DNA of 64,000 bases from an uncultured virus (IMG/VR IMGVR_UViG_3300001682_000284) (Duplodnaviria > Heunggongvirae > Uroviricota > Caudoviricetes). The notes under the pieces are model-generated. The model ran no database searches. It saw nothing but the letters and a program-made list of their open reading frames with translations, and was not told the DNA's origin. Positions 9,837-19,538 of the stretch are shown here, in pieces. Numbering within the stretch: the first letter of the stretch is position 1; each line of letters opens with the position of its first letter. The position numbers and the translations under genes were made by a program. The stretch lies in the IMG/VR virus record IMGVR_UViG_3300001682_000284, one strand, 5' to 3'.

Positions 9837-12800
9837 AGTGGTTTGTGCCCACCATAAGTGGTTTGTGCCCACCATAAGTAACTTTTTCATTAATTAGATA
9901 TCGTTCTTTCTGTTCTGGATCAAAATATTTGGCATATCTTTCTGCATCTTCTGGATAATAGTCTGGTATCCAATTGATAGCCCACCGTAATTCTTCATCA
10001 GTTAATCCTAATTCTTTTGCTACCATTTCGTCTGTCCATTCGTGAGTATATGTTGGCATGTACGGGACTGAAGATAATATTACGTTCTTATTAACTTTAT
10101 ATATTGATAAAGAAAATCTCATTAGCTTCAAATATAAATATTTAAAAAATGATAATTGTTCATTTGGTGTTTTAAACAAGAAATTGTTGTTCTTTTTATA
10201 TCTATCTGTAAGATGACTGCTTGGATTCTTAAGTTGGATAAATGTAAAAAAATCCCGTTCTTTTGTATTCCCTATAATGGAAGCAAATCCAACATTATAT
10301 GTTGCATCGTCTTTAATATCCACATGCATAGCTAGATTACTTTTAGTGCAATAATGTAGTACTTTATTTAAAATTGATTTATATATATCAGTATTACCAT
10401 GTTGGTCTATGGTGGATATATCAATTGGATTTCCACAGTTTTTATCAAATATATTTATAAATATATCATTTGGTGTGCCAGCAATATTAAACAATTTATT
10501 TGCGTTAATAACAGACTCATATCGACAAAGATCATTTGAAATTAATCCCTTTACTGTTTCCCCAATTGTCTTAGTCTTTTTTTCATTTTTTGATAATAAC
10601 CATCCTGCAGGATGAATAAAACACATTCTACCATCATCTGATACCAGTGGATATACTTCCTTTATAATCTTAAGATCTAGATTATTAGGATTATACGGTG
10701 GGTTACTTATCATGTAGTCAAATTTCATATCTTTATATTCCTTATGTAATTTCAATGCATCTTTTTGACACAGATTACATTTATAATTATTCTTATTCAG
10801 TAATATATTAGCCATATTAACTCTTATTCTATCAATATCATAGCCAAATAATATATTTTCGAGTATATATTTTTCTCTTTCTATATCATCTTCTATATAT
10901 GATTTCAGACCAATCATATATTGCTCTTTGGCATATAGCAGAAAGCTACCAGTACCCATACAAGGATCAATTATGGTCTTATGAGGATTGGTGAAATCTA
11001 CATCTAGCAATTCAAACATCCTCTTGATAATGACTAAGGGAGTCTTGCAATATGCACCCTTCATATTAAGATTCTTCCGTACGAACTCATCATATGATTC
11101 ACTAGTAATATTTGATTCAAAATAATCAAGAGCGTCAGCAAAATTTAATATAGTACGATTAATATCAACAATATCTACAAATTCTTTGGCAAACCAATAT
11201 TTGAAATCCTCTAATGAAACTCCTGTGATATCTCTGAATAGTTCATCTTCAGGAGTATTCATTATATCATCAACAGTTTTCTCATTATTCGGTGTTATAA
11301 ACAAAAACTCTGGCAATTTAGATATTGCTGTTCTTATCTTCTTAATGGTCTCCATTAATGATTTCTTATCTATATCTTTATCTGCACTATACTCAGGCAT
11401 CATACCATCATTGACTTTTGTATTGGACATGGTCTTGCCTTTATTAGTATCATTACTATTGACATCTACATAATCACTCTTCTGTGCACTCTTAACCTTT
11501 GATACACTATTTATTATCTTATCATCAATATATTTCGGATTAAGCGGGATCGAATAAAACCTTTCAGAGAATTTTCCATGCTCTCTGAAATTATTAATGA
11601 CATCAGATATATTGATCTCATTCCAACTATTATCCGTATAGTCTAGTATTGGTGCATAGTTCAGATACTCTCTAATACTATCGCTAATATTACTATTGAT
11701 ATCTTTATTAGTTCTTTCGCATATATCATATACCATAGATAGACATCTCTCAGGATTGAAATCGAATACATGGCAGTATTGTTTATTAATACTCACATTT
11801 GGTGATTGAGCTCGGAATATTGCCTGAGTGTACTCTTCCAAGGATTGTCCACTATCCAGCATGAATACACCATTCCACTCAGGAATAGTCACTCCCTCTT
11901 TGAATCTCTGGCAAGTGAGTGTAATAGTCCCTCTATTGTTGGATTTGGCTCGATTAATCATATTCTTAACATCATCTATTTGAGTGATCTCATTTCCTGT
12001 TGCTATAATAATCTCATATCCTGAATACTCAGACATAGTCTTCATCAAATTAGCGAGAGCAATGATTCCTTTAGTATTCTTTGGTAATACCCATAGAGTA
12101 TGATCGAGTCCTGATACTAATCTATATGGTGATAATGAGTTGTGTCCATATCGTCCTGCTATTGATTTTAGTAATAGTTCTGCAGATCCTTTGTATAGTA
12201 AATCATGGTTGCTATCGTCATACGCAATAATCTTATCTAATGTCAATCCCTCAGCATCCGTATAGTATTGTTGGGACAGCTTAGCATCATTAGATATTCT
12301 TATAATATGAGTTTTCATCGTAGGCATAGATATATGTGCACCATGACCAATTTTCAACTCTTTTTCTTTTTCTCTTTGCTCATCTATATATGTCCATGAG
12401 TATATTTGATCATCATCAAATCGTCCTCTAGCTATATCCTTATAGGCGGTGCCTGATACATATATAGTCTTTTCATGAGGAATAGTATTCAATAGATCTC
12501 TGAATGATATAGTATCACCACCATAATGATACTCATCTGCGATGATTGCATCAAATGTAATATTCCGAGATAATAGATTTGTCAGATTTTTCTGAAATTT
12601 CTTCACAACATCATCTAAATTGCCATTTTCGGATTTGTTCATCATCAATTGAGCACTCGAAAGGAATATATTGCATTTGGTGTCGCTAATATGGTTTATC
12701 TCTCTGTTTGTCTTATAATCGATGATCTGGAAATTCTCAAAAGCTACGTGATCATTGATATCATCTTTTAGCGAATCAAACACATAAGGTTTATATGTCA

Positions 12801-13431
12801 ATACTAATACATTTTTCCATTGCAATGATTTAGCCACATTCAATATAGTAAAATTCTTACCAAATCTCATCTTTGCGGCCAATAGAAATTCATCATACCC
12901 AAATTTGAATGCGTCAATAATTTTATCATGTGCAATCTTTTGTTCATCTCTCATTGGATATGAGTGGATTCTCGATACTCCATATAGTATAGTATTAATT
13001 CTTTTAATAATAGTTTCAAGATTGGTATTAGTAAAGAACTCCGTACTACGTATATTATCTAGAGCTTTATCATTACGATATGCTCCATCTTTTAGTACTA
13101 TATCTGAATGGAGTATATGTTCAATGTCATATGCTGATTTATATTTAGATTGTGATTTTATATATTCAGTGAGGTCTATTGCATATAGTATTAGTGCTTG
13201 TGTATTATGAGTGCCAAGATATCCATCAATAGTAGAAACAGGATTAGTACCTTCACTAGCATTTGTTCCATATTGACCAATCTTATATTCTATACCATCA
13301 TAATTAGTTGGCTCTTTGCTATTCTTAATGGGTGTCCAGATATATAGACCCTCTCCATTGATATCAAAGTTAAATGATTTATGCAATTGCTCTGTAACAA
13401 ATATTCCACGACCTTTTGTCGGATATATCAT
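9808..13431 (-). CDS. Fused SF2 helicase/ATPase and N6-adenine DNA methyltransferase (type IIG/ISP-like restriction-modification protein); no internal TAG
   Basis: AKMRFGKN (Walker A-like), DEYHYG, SGT, QAIFRAQSP; DPCMGTGSF and SNPPY; ends in TAG at 9808 (read-through would extend it 27 codons to a TAA). Confidence 0.85.
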   Translation of the reverse strand: MIYPTKGRGIFVTEQLHKSFNFDINGEGLYIWTPIKNSKEPTNYDGIEYKIGQYGTNASEGTNPVSTIDGYLGTHNTQALILYAIDLTEYIKSQSKYKSAYDIEHILHSDIVLKDGAYRNDKALDNIRSTEFFTNTNLETIIKRINTILYGVSRIHSYPMRDEQKIAHDKIIDAFKFGYDEFLLAAKMRFGKNFTILNVAKSLQWKNVLVLTYKPYVFDSLKDDINDHVAFENFQIIDYKTNREINHISDTKCNIFLSSAQLMMNKSENGNLDDVVKKFQKNLTNLLSRNITFDAIIADEYHYGGDTISFRDLLNTIPHEKTIYVSGTAYKDIARGRFDDDQIYSWTYIDEQREKEKELKIGHGAHISMPTMKTHIIRISNDAKLSQQYYTDAEGLTLDKIIAYDDSNHDLLYKGSAELLLKSIAGRYGHNSLSPYRLVSGLDHTLWVLPKNTKGIIALANLMKTMSEYSGYEIIIATGNEITQIDDVKNMINRAKSNNRGTITLTCQRFKEGVTIPEWNGVFMLDSGQSLEEYTQAIFRAQSPNVSINKQYCHVFDFNPERCLSMVYDICERTNKDINSNISDSIREYLNYAPILDYTDNSWNEINISDVINNFREHGKFSERFYSIPLNPKYIDDKIINSVSKVKSAQKSDYVDVNSNDTNKGKTMSNTKVNDGMMPEYSADKDIDKKSLMETIKKIRTAISKLPEFLFITPNNEKTVDDIMNTPEDELFRDITGVSLEDFKYWFAKEFVDIVDINRTILNFADALDYFESNITSESYDEFVRKNLNMKGAYCKTPLVIIKRMFELLDVDFTNPHKTIIDPCMGTGSFLLYAKEQYMIGLKSYIEDDIEREKYILENILFGYDIDRIRVNMANILLNKNNYKCNLCQKDALKLHKEYKDMKFDYMISNPPYNPNNLDLKIIKEVYPLVSDDGRMCFIHPAGWLLSKNEKKTKTIGETVKGLISNDLCRYESVINANKLFNIAGTPNDIFINIFDKNCGNPIDISTIDQHGNTDIYKSILNKVLHYCTKSNLAMHVDIKDDATYNVGFASIIGNTKERDFFTFIQLKNPSSHLTDRYKKNNNFLFKTPNEQLSFFKYLYLKLMRFSLSIYKVNKNVILSSVPYMPTYTHEWTDEMVAKELGLTDEELRWAINWIPDYYPEDAERYAKYFDPEQKERYLINEKVTYGGHKPLMVGTNHYETTIRTID

Positions 13432-13502
13432 AAGTAACTCCTTAGTATACTATTTAATACAATTATTATAACCAAAATTGAAAAATAGTTTTCAATAAAA
13501 TT

Positions 13503-13535
13503 AAAGCACCTTTGATGTGATCTCAGGTGCCTTTT
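13503..13535 (-). terminator. Intrinsic terminator after the DUF2828-like gene
   Basis: GCACCT...AGGTGC hairpin flanked by T/A runs. Confidence 0.55.
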
Positions 13536-13554
13536 GTTGAGGTTACAAACAAAT

Positions 13555-15025
13555 TTATTTAATATGAGAGTATCTTTCATTATTAGTTACCTCTCTCACA
13601 AGAGAAAGTAAATCTTCGTATCCTTTTTTCAATACAAAGTTAATTGCATTCTGAGATGCACCAGAAACAAGTAATACATCTTTATCGTTCATTTGTGCTG
13701 GCAAATTCTTTAATCGTCCATTGACGTTCCAAAAGACAACAGTGGGCATAGTATAACCAGCATTAGCATATTCAGATTTAATCATTTCTAATGCATTCTG
13801 ATTTGGGTTCTGTGCACACTGGTCAAATTCCATATCAGAAATGATTACTACATGAGTAGGCATTTCATTCTCTGGAACTCTGTTAGCGTTAGCTCTGTCA
13901 AGAATCATACGGAAGACAGCCTCAAGGTTGGTATTCATGCCCCAAGGAGCATTCATGGTATTCTTTACCTTTTCTACGATGTCAGCACCAGTGATCTTTT
14001 GGAACTCTGGGCGATCGCTGAAAGTGATAAAGTAGTTACGGAAAGTCTCGTTAGGATTGTTCTCTGCCATGAACAGACCGATACCAATAGACATACTAAT
14101 TGGGATGTTCTGGTTGAATGTCATAGAACCGCTGACGTCGATGATAGGAATAGCTCTGAAGTCCTTTGGTAGGTCATCAAGTTGCTGTAATCCCTTCCAC
14201 TGCTCGTTTAGGAGCTGACGATTGGTGTCATTCATAGTGAATCTTGTGATACCACTATTCATGATTTCCTTAACGATTTCGTATGGGAATAGTCTCTTTG
14301 CATGAAGCTTAGCCTCGCCAGCAACTACCTTCTCCACGAATGGCTTAAGGATGTTGTGACGATGGAATGCCTTCTTGTACTTCTTCATTGCGATAGAAGG
14401 CACATGCTCGAGATTGATTTTGTCCCATTCCTTAGCAGACATGTTCTGCTCAACTACGTTAGTTAAGCTAACAATCTGGTGACGGTATTCGCTGTAAGAG
14501 TTGATGAATCCGTTGGAACGCATGTATCTTACGACCTTACCGTATTGGGAATTCTTACGAGGCATCCACTTAGCAACAATACCCTGAAGAGTCTTGTTCT
14601 TCATTAATTCGAATAGGAAGGTAATTATTGCGTCAGCTGACTCTTTCTTGTCGTTCTGAACAAAGTGATTTGCTAGATAGACTAGGTCGTCAACACGGAC
14701 TATGTTCTGGGTGAAGTTCTGATATTGTAGAACACTTTCTAAAATATTCTTATCGAGCCATTGTGCTACGACTCTGAAGAATCTACGTTCTCCAAGTCCC
14801 TTCTCAATGTCGCGAGCCCAGAATAGGATACGTAATGCTGAAGTTGCATCCTTCTGATATGCCTCGTTGAACACAGTAATTATATCGTTATCGGACATGT
14901 TACGTGCAGCTCCGCATAGGAAAAATAAATCTACAATAGGGTTACCACTTGAAGAGTTAGTAGCCATACCATTTGCAGTACTGGTGTTGTTCCTTAGATT
15001 TGCTTGAATGANTGAATGAGTTCAT
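13555..15025 (-). CDS. DUF2828/TROVE(Ro60)-like protein with a C-terminal VWA domain; no in-frame TAG
   Basis: FWARDI..GLGERRFF, AKWMPRK, DVSGSM (MIDAS), ISDMEFD, VFWNV; true ATG probably 15025 after AGGAG, with the frame broken at the N at 15012. Confidence 0.85.
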
Positions 15026-15058
15026 AACTTTTTTCTCCTTTATTTAGTTATAAATTGA

Positions 15059-15714
15059 CAGGGACATTATTAGTATTCTCATTTTCGGCAAGAATTAATA
15101 AGTATTTTGGCTGTTAGTCCCTAAAGGTTATCGTATTAACTTAAATTGAACCATTTCCGCATATATCAGACTGTAAATTACTTGGGCATCTAGTATATAC
15201 GTACTCAGGCTCTATAAGAGGAAGGCTCGGACGAACCAAAACCCACCGAATTGTTGGCTGTATGCCCAAATCCGTTAGGATATTAAAATTAATAGCGATC
15301 CCTTTCCCATATAGCTAGTTCATTTTCACAAGGTCAACTAGATATACAGTACTTAGGTCGCAGGTTGCTATCTCATTTATCAATTAAAAGAAATGTTGCT
15401 GCATGACCTTAACCATGTAGGTGTACTATCCAACATAGATATGCTGGGGGGTTTCTACAAAATTGAGTTACTACAATTTCCATACACTTTTTATTTGACA
15501 GAGACTAGCATATGTCGTCATAGTCACTCGAGTTTATACTCCAGTTGCCCAGAGTCTTGGTGTTTAACCAACGAAAACAGGTTATACCCGGTTTCCATTG
15601 CCTTTCGGCTTTGCTTTTGCTGTGAGCCTCAACCCCGAGGGTATAATTTTCAGGTCATTTACAAGGACGTTTAAGGGATATCCAATTATCATTTTTAACA
15701 TTGCTGTACGTCCT
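15059..15714 (-). ncRNA. Array of five ACAGC-stem RNA motifs upstream of the DUF2828-like gene
   Basis: Copies at about 15059-15121, 15181-15269, 15361-15409, 15499-15630 and 15662-15714, each with stem-(A/G)CAGC(A/C)A-insert-complementary stem. Confidence 0.6.
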
Positions 15715-15791
15715 AGACTGAGTTAAAAATTAATGTATCTCACGTATTAATAATCGGCTTGTCAACGTCCTTTCATCCTATGAAATACATA

Positions 15792-15868
15792 TGGCACCAC
15801 TAACGGGATTCGAACCCGTACAACCCGGTTTTAGAGACCGGTGTCCTAACCAATTAGACTATAGTGGC
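15792..15868 (-). tRNA. Amber-suppressor tRNA (anticodon CUA) with a tRNA-Glu-like body
   Basis: GCCACTA TA GTCT AATTGGTTA GGAC A CCGGT CT-CTA-AA ACCGG GTTGT ACGGG TTCGAAT CCCGT TAGTGGT G CCA; clean 77-nt cloverleaf. Confidence 0.93.
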
Positions 15869-15881
15869 ACAAAATTATTTT

Positions 15882-15953
15882 TGGAATAGATGAGATTCGA
15901 ACCATCACATCACAGATTTAGAGTCTGCCCACCTACCGTTAGGGTGCAGTGGC
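15882..15953 (-). tRNA. Second CUA-anticodon tRNA-like gene, degenerate acceptor (probable pseudogene)
   Basis: GCAGA-CTCTAAA-TCTGT arm, GGTTCGAATC, 5' GCCACTG without a matching 3' strand. Confidence 0.55.
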
Positions 15954-16009
15954 GTGACTCATTTTTAGCATACAATTATAATATAACTCATTTTTAAAAA
16001 ACTGCCAAA

Positions 16010-16597
16010 TTATTTTTTAATCTCTTCAAATACATCGGAGGCAATAATATCTGCCGATTGTAATAGAGTGGTCAACTTCGAGAACCTTCTTGCTTCATCA
16101 TAGATTTTGCCAGAAAAATAATCTGTCTCCATGAATGATCCCATATGGTAACGAATAGCTACTATTTCTTCATTAGTTAGAGCAACTAATGGTAATGCTA
16201 AAACTATTGATTTTGTAGCGTGTCCACAAGGAAAGGTTTCCTGTTCATCATATCCAGAATATTCCTACCATTTATTATTCTAATCCTTTTTCCACTTTTT
16301 GACAATTGTATAATGATTTATCTTACAAAGATCGTGACAGAATGCTACATAAAATATAGTTTCCTCTTGGAACTTATCAGAACCTAACATTTGATTTAGA
16401 TGGGATAGCACCTTGTAGACATTCTTACAATGCTGATATAGTCCACCCTCAAAGTTCCCGTGATTGTTTCTACTCGCAGGTGCGATAAAGAAGTCACCCT
16501 AAACTAAAAACTACAAGAATTTAGTGGGATCCCGTTTAAATTCAATGGTTTCTACTATTTCCATTAAATCCATAAAGTTCTTTGTTGCTAATGACAT
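16010..16597 (-). CDS. HD-domain phosphohydrolase (TAG-recoded)
   Basis: APAS..NHGNFEGGLYQH, CHDLCK, GHA, IRYHMG, LQSAD. Confidence 0.85.
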
Positions 16598-16615
16598 GTA
16601 TTCTCCTTAAATGTC

Positions 16616-16798
16616 CTATGTTTCTAAATATCTATCTAATCGATGTTTTCTGTTTCTTAAAAACTTCTCTTTCTTGGTTTCATAAGTCTTAGATCTAAAT
16701 CTTCCATCATAATAACCATCTGATTTGAGTTGTTCACGCATGTATCCTAATTCCTTTTTAGCCTTGTCCTTTGGAGTTTGAGGATGCTTGTGTTTCAT
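16616..16798 (-). CDS. Small basic hypothetical protein
   Basis: GYYDGRFR motif; terminal TAG would read through three more codons to a TAA at 16607. Confidence 0.6.
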   Translation of the reverse strand: MKHKHPQTPKDKAKKELGYMREQLKSDGYYDGRFRSKTYETKKEKFLRNRKHRLDRYLET

Positions 16799-16811
16799 GA
16801 TATTAATTCCT

Positions 16812-18143
16812 TTACATCTTTACAAGTGCAGTTTTTTCAAATATTTCTATTAGCTCTTCAATTGTTAGAATGATTAATAGGATTTCCGCAGGCAACCCCT
16901 TCGTTTCCTTTGTAAGAGTATCCCTAACCCATTCGTTTATTTCTTTATTAGAATAACCACAATCCGAAATATATTGCAAAATATTTTTTGCTTCTTTATC
17001 TCCCAGGAGAATACCAAATTCATTATTGAAATCTAGCTCCTTAACTTCCTTTAACTTTTCAACCAATTTTTTATAAAATGAAAGCTTGTGTGTGCTATAT
17101 AGTGGGACTTCAATATAACTAAATGCGTGTCGGATCTTATTCATTAATTGTTTGATATCCAAGCCAATTTGGTAAACGTATAAAAGATGATTTAATCTCC
17201 ATTTTGGAAATTCGTTTTTATATAATTCGTAATATTCTGCTATACCTTGCTCAGTTTTGGAATGCTTAAGATTAAGATTCTTCAGCTTCTTGGGATCATA
17301 ACACGCTGGAGATTTGACTAGTCTTTTTACTTCAAATTTCTCAATCAAATTCTGTTTAGTAAAGAACTCTTCATTTCCAGCAGGATGCCATCCCAACAGG
17401 GATATATAGTTGAGAATTGTGGATGGTAATAATCCCGTTTGTAACAAATGATTCACAGTAAAGTCTCCATCTCTCTTACTAAGTTTTTTACCCTCTTCAT
17501 TGCATATTAGAGACAAATGATAAAATTTAGGAATACAGAACCCCAATGCATTGTATATTAATTTATGATATGGAAATGAACTTAACCATTCATTTCCACG
17601 AAATACATCTGTAACCCCCATTAATCCGTCATCAACGATTGAGGCTAAATGGTAGGTGGGATATCCATCTGCCTTTAGTAAGACTATGTCATACAACTCT
17701 TTGGTATTATATTTAATAGTTCCTCGTAATTCATCTTTACAATTAATATAGTAATCTTCAGAATCCTTCACTCTTAATTTGATACAATAAGATTTGGAGA
17801 CATATGGGTTATTAGTTAAATTGCAGTTACATTCATCGGATTCTTTCTCACATTGACAAATGTAAGCACAGCCATTATTAACTAATTTGTGAGCATAATG
17901 TTGATATAGACCTAATCGTTCTGATTGTCTATAATACTCATCCCAATTTAACCCAAAGGTTTCAAGAGTAGACATTATCTCTTTGATATGCTTAGTCTTA
18001 CTACGTTTTTTATCAGTATCTTCAATCCTAAGGATGAATTTACCATTGTTTTGCTTAGCATACAACCAACTATATAGAGCAGTTCTTAAATTTCCTATAT
18101 GCATTTCTCCGGTTGGGCTGGGTGCAAATCTTGTAACAGTCAT
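16812..18143 (-). CDS. gltX: Glutamyl-tRNA synthetase (class Ib), TAG-free, divergent C-terminal anticodon-binding domain
   Basis: RFAPSPTG, HIGN, LRIEDTD, YRQSER, DGYPTYHLA, RGNEW, KLSKR, LLGWH; start MTVTRF at 18143 after AGGAG. Confidence 0.93.
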   Translation of the reverse strand: MTVTRFAPSPTGEMHIGNLRTALYSWLYAKQNNGKFILRIEDTDKKRSKTKHIKEIMSTLETFGLNWDEYYRQSERLGLYQHYAHKLVNNGCAYICQCEKESDECNCNLTNNPYVSKSYCIKLRVKDSEDYYINCKDELRGTIKYNTKELYDIVLLKADGYPTYHLASIVDDGLMGVTDVFRGNEWLSSFPYHKLIYNALGFCIPKFYHLSLICNEEGKKLSKRDGDFTVNHLLQTGLLPSTILNYISLLGWHPAGNEEFFTKQNLIEKFEVKRLVKSPACYDPKKLKNLNLKHSKTEQGIAEYYELYKNEFPKWRLNHLLYVYQIGLDIKQLMNKIRHAFSYIEVPLYSTHKLSFYKKLVEKLKEVKELDFNNEFGILLGDKEAKNILQYISDCGYSNKEINEWVRDTLTKETKGLPAEILLIILTIEELIEIFEKTALVKM

Positions 18144-18556
18144 TATATTGCTCCTTTTCCATGAATCCATTTGGCGATGTCTTCGGCAGGAACAAGATTA
18201 AATACTGATTCATTTACTGAACATATTGCCTCTATCATAGCCTTAATCCTTTCATCTGGATAAACTACTACAAATTTGTATGGACTTGAAATGGTACTGA
18301 CTTTATATTTGATAGCTATAGTGTAGTTTTCCATTCTATGAAATACGGCATCGTTTGAGAATGCTGGTGAAAATTTATCCCTGTTAGATCCGTGCCCGTA
18401 TTCAACATATAATCTTCCAGCCTTAATTTTATTAGTGGACTCATTAACTTCAATAATCTTGTAAAGAATCATTCCATATTCAGCGTTCACATTACCTTGT
18501 CCAGGATAAGCACAATACATTCCTGATTTAATTTCAGTTCCCAAGAAATCTGTCAT
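18143..18556 (-). CDS. Hypothetical protein
   Basis: ORF coupled to its neighbours by overlapping start/stop codons. Confidence 0.7.
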   Translation of the reverse strand: MTDFLGTEIKSGMYCAYPGQGNVNAEYGMILYKIIEVNESTNKIKAGRLYVEYGHGSNRDKFSPAFSNDAVFHRMENYTIAIKYKVSTISSPYKFVVVYPDERIKAMIEAICSVNESVFNLVPAEDIAKWIHGKGAI

Positions 18557-18750
18557 GACGTTTCAACCTCTTTAATTGCTTTCACAATTAATGTTGGACA
18601 ATTGTAATATTCCCGATAATCGTGGTCTCCTGCTTGTCCCGAAACTACTCCAATTTTCATTCCATCCATACTAAATCCAAAATAACTGCGCATGATGTGC
18701 TCTAATTGAGCCCCGTCTAACACTAATTTAACTTCTTTCTTAACCTTCAT
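18553..18750 (-). CDS. Hypothetical protein
   Basis: ATGA-coupled ORF. Confidence 0.65.
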   Translation of the reverse strand: MKVKKEVKLVLDGAQLEHIMRSYFGFSMDGMKIGVVSGQAGDHDYREYYNCPTLIVKAIKEVETS

Positions 18751-18917
18751 TTTATATCTCTCTTATAACTTATATTTGCATGTTTCATTATCTGTATAGG
18801 TTTATTATCAAATTGATCCAATGCTATTAATCCCGCAATGCATATCGCTGGGATTATTGCAAACGGAAATGCAATTATTACTAATATAACTCGTAATACT
18901 AAAATAACAAGTTTCAT
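18747..18917 (-). CDS. Small membrane protein
   Basis: AGGAG RBS, MKLVILVLRVILVIIAFPF hydrophobic stretch. Confidence 0.55.
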   Translation of the reverse strand: MKLVILVLRVILVIIAFPFAIIPAICIAGLIALDQFDNKPIQIMKHANISYKRDIK

Positions 18918-18927
18918 TTTGTACTCC

Positions 18928-19338
18928 TTAAAAACTCTATCTCCAAACAAGTGCCATATGGATATCCGTACTTTTACATTCAGGACAATATAGTCCATAT
19001 GTGCAAGTGTCCCATTCTGTTTTACAACTGTTACATTCCATATGTTTAAACACTGATTCCATATCTGGTCCAACTTCTGGATCATACCCTTTCAACTATT
19101 CTATATTTACCTTTTTACGCTATGGATAAACAACAAAAAAGTCTACTTCAGGATCGGCTTCATCGTTAGCCATATCTCTAATACCATTTAAGGTACAATG
19201 CACTAGATGTCCTTCAGCAAACCATGGAGACAACCCGTCTAACTTAATAGTAGCAGTGGGATAATCCCCATTAAATATCTTAACTACAGTTCCATATCCG
19301 TAGTTATTACTATGAACCCTGTCGCCTATTATTAACAT
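18928..19338 (-). CDS. Hypothetical protein with a C-terminal Zn ribbon (TAG-recoded)
   Basis: Read-through of the TAG at 19120 adds CNSC...CPEC and ends at TAA 18928. Confidence 0.65.
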
Positions 19339-19538
19339 GACTTCTCTTTTACTTCTGGAATGAATATACAATCACTATTAGTAGCATAGTTAACACCATA
19401 TTCTGCAGGCTCGATAAATCTGTAAATCCACCCGCCAGGAACTCTAGTAATACTAAACAAATTGTCATCAGCCTTGTAAATAGTGTTTAGTGGCATATCA
19501 AGCATTTCTTCGTAAGTCATAATATGTAACTCCTTCAA
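19332..19538 (-). CDS. Hypothetical protein (RVPGGWIY family)
   Basis: RVPGGWIY motif common in small phage proteins. Confidence 0.7.
   Translation of the reverse strand: MKELHIMTYEEMLDMPLNTIYKADDNLFSITRVPGGWIYRFIEPAEYGVNYATNSDCIFIPEVKEKSC

Noticed and set aside
15001..15025. Frameshift at the start of the DUF2828-like gene
   Set aside because: It coincides with the single N flanked by a duplicated TGAATGA, so it is probably a scaffold-join artefact; removing 4 nt restores MNSFIQANLR
18143..18170. GluRS start at 18170 as in the ORF track
   Set aside because: The ATG at 18143 has an AGGAG RBS, is coupled to the upstream stop and gives the typical N-terminus before RFAPSPTG
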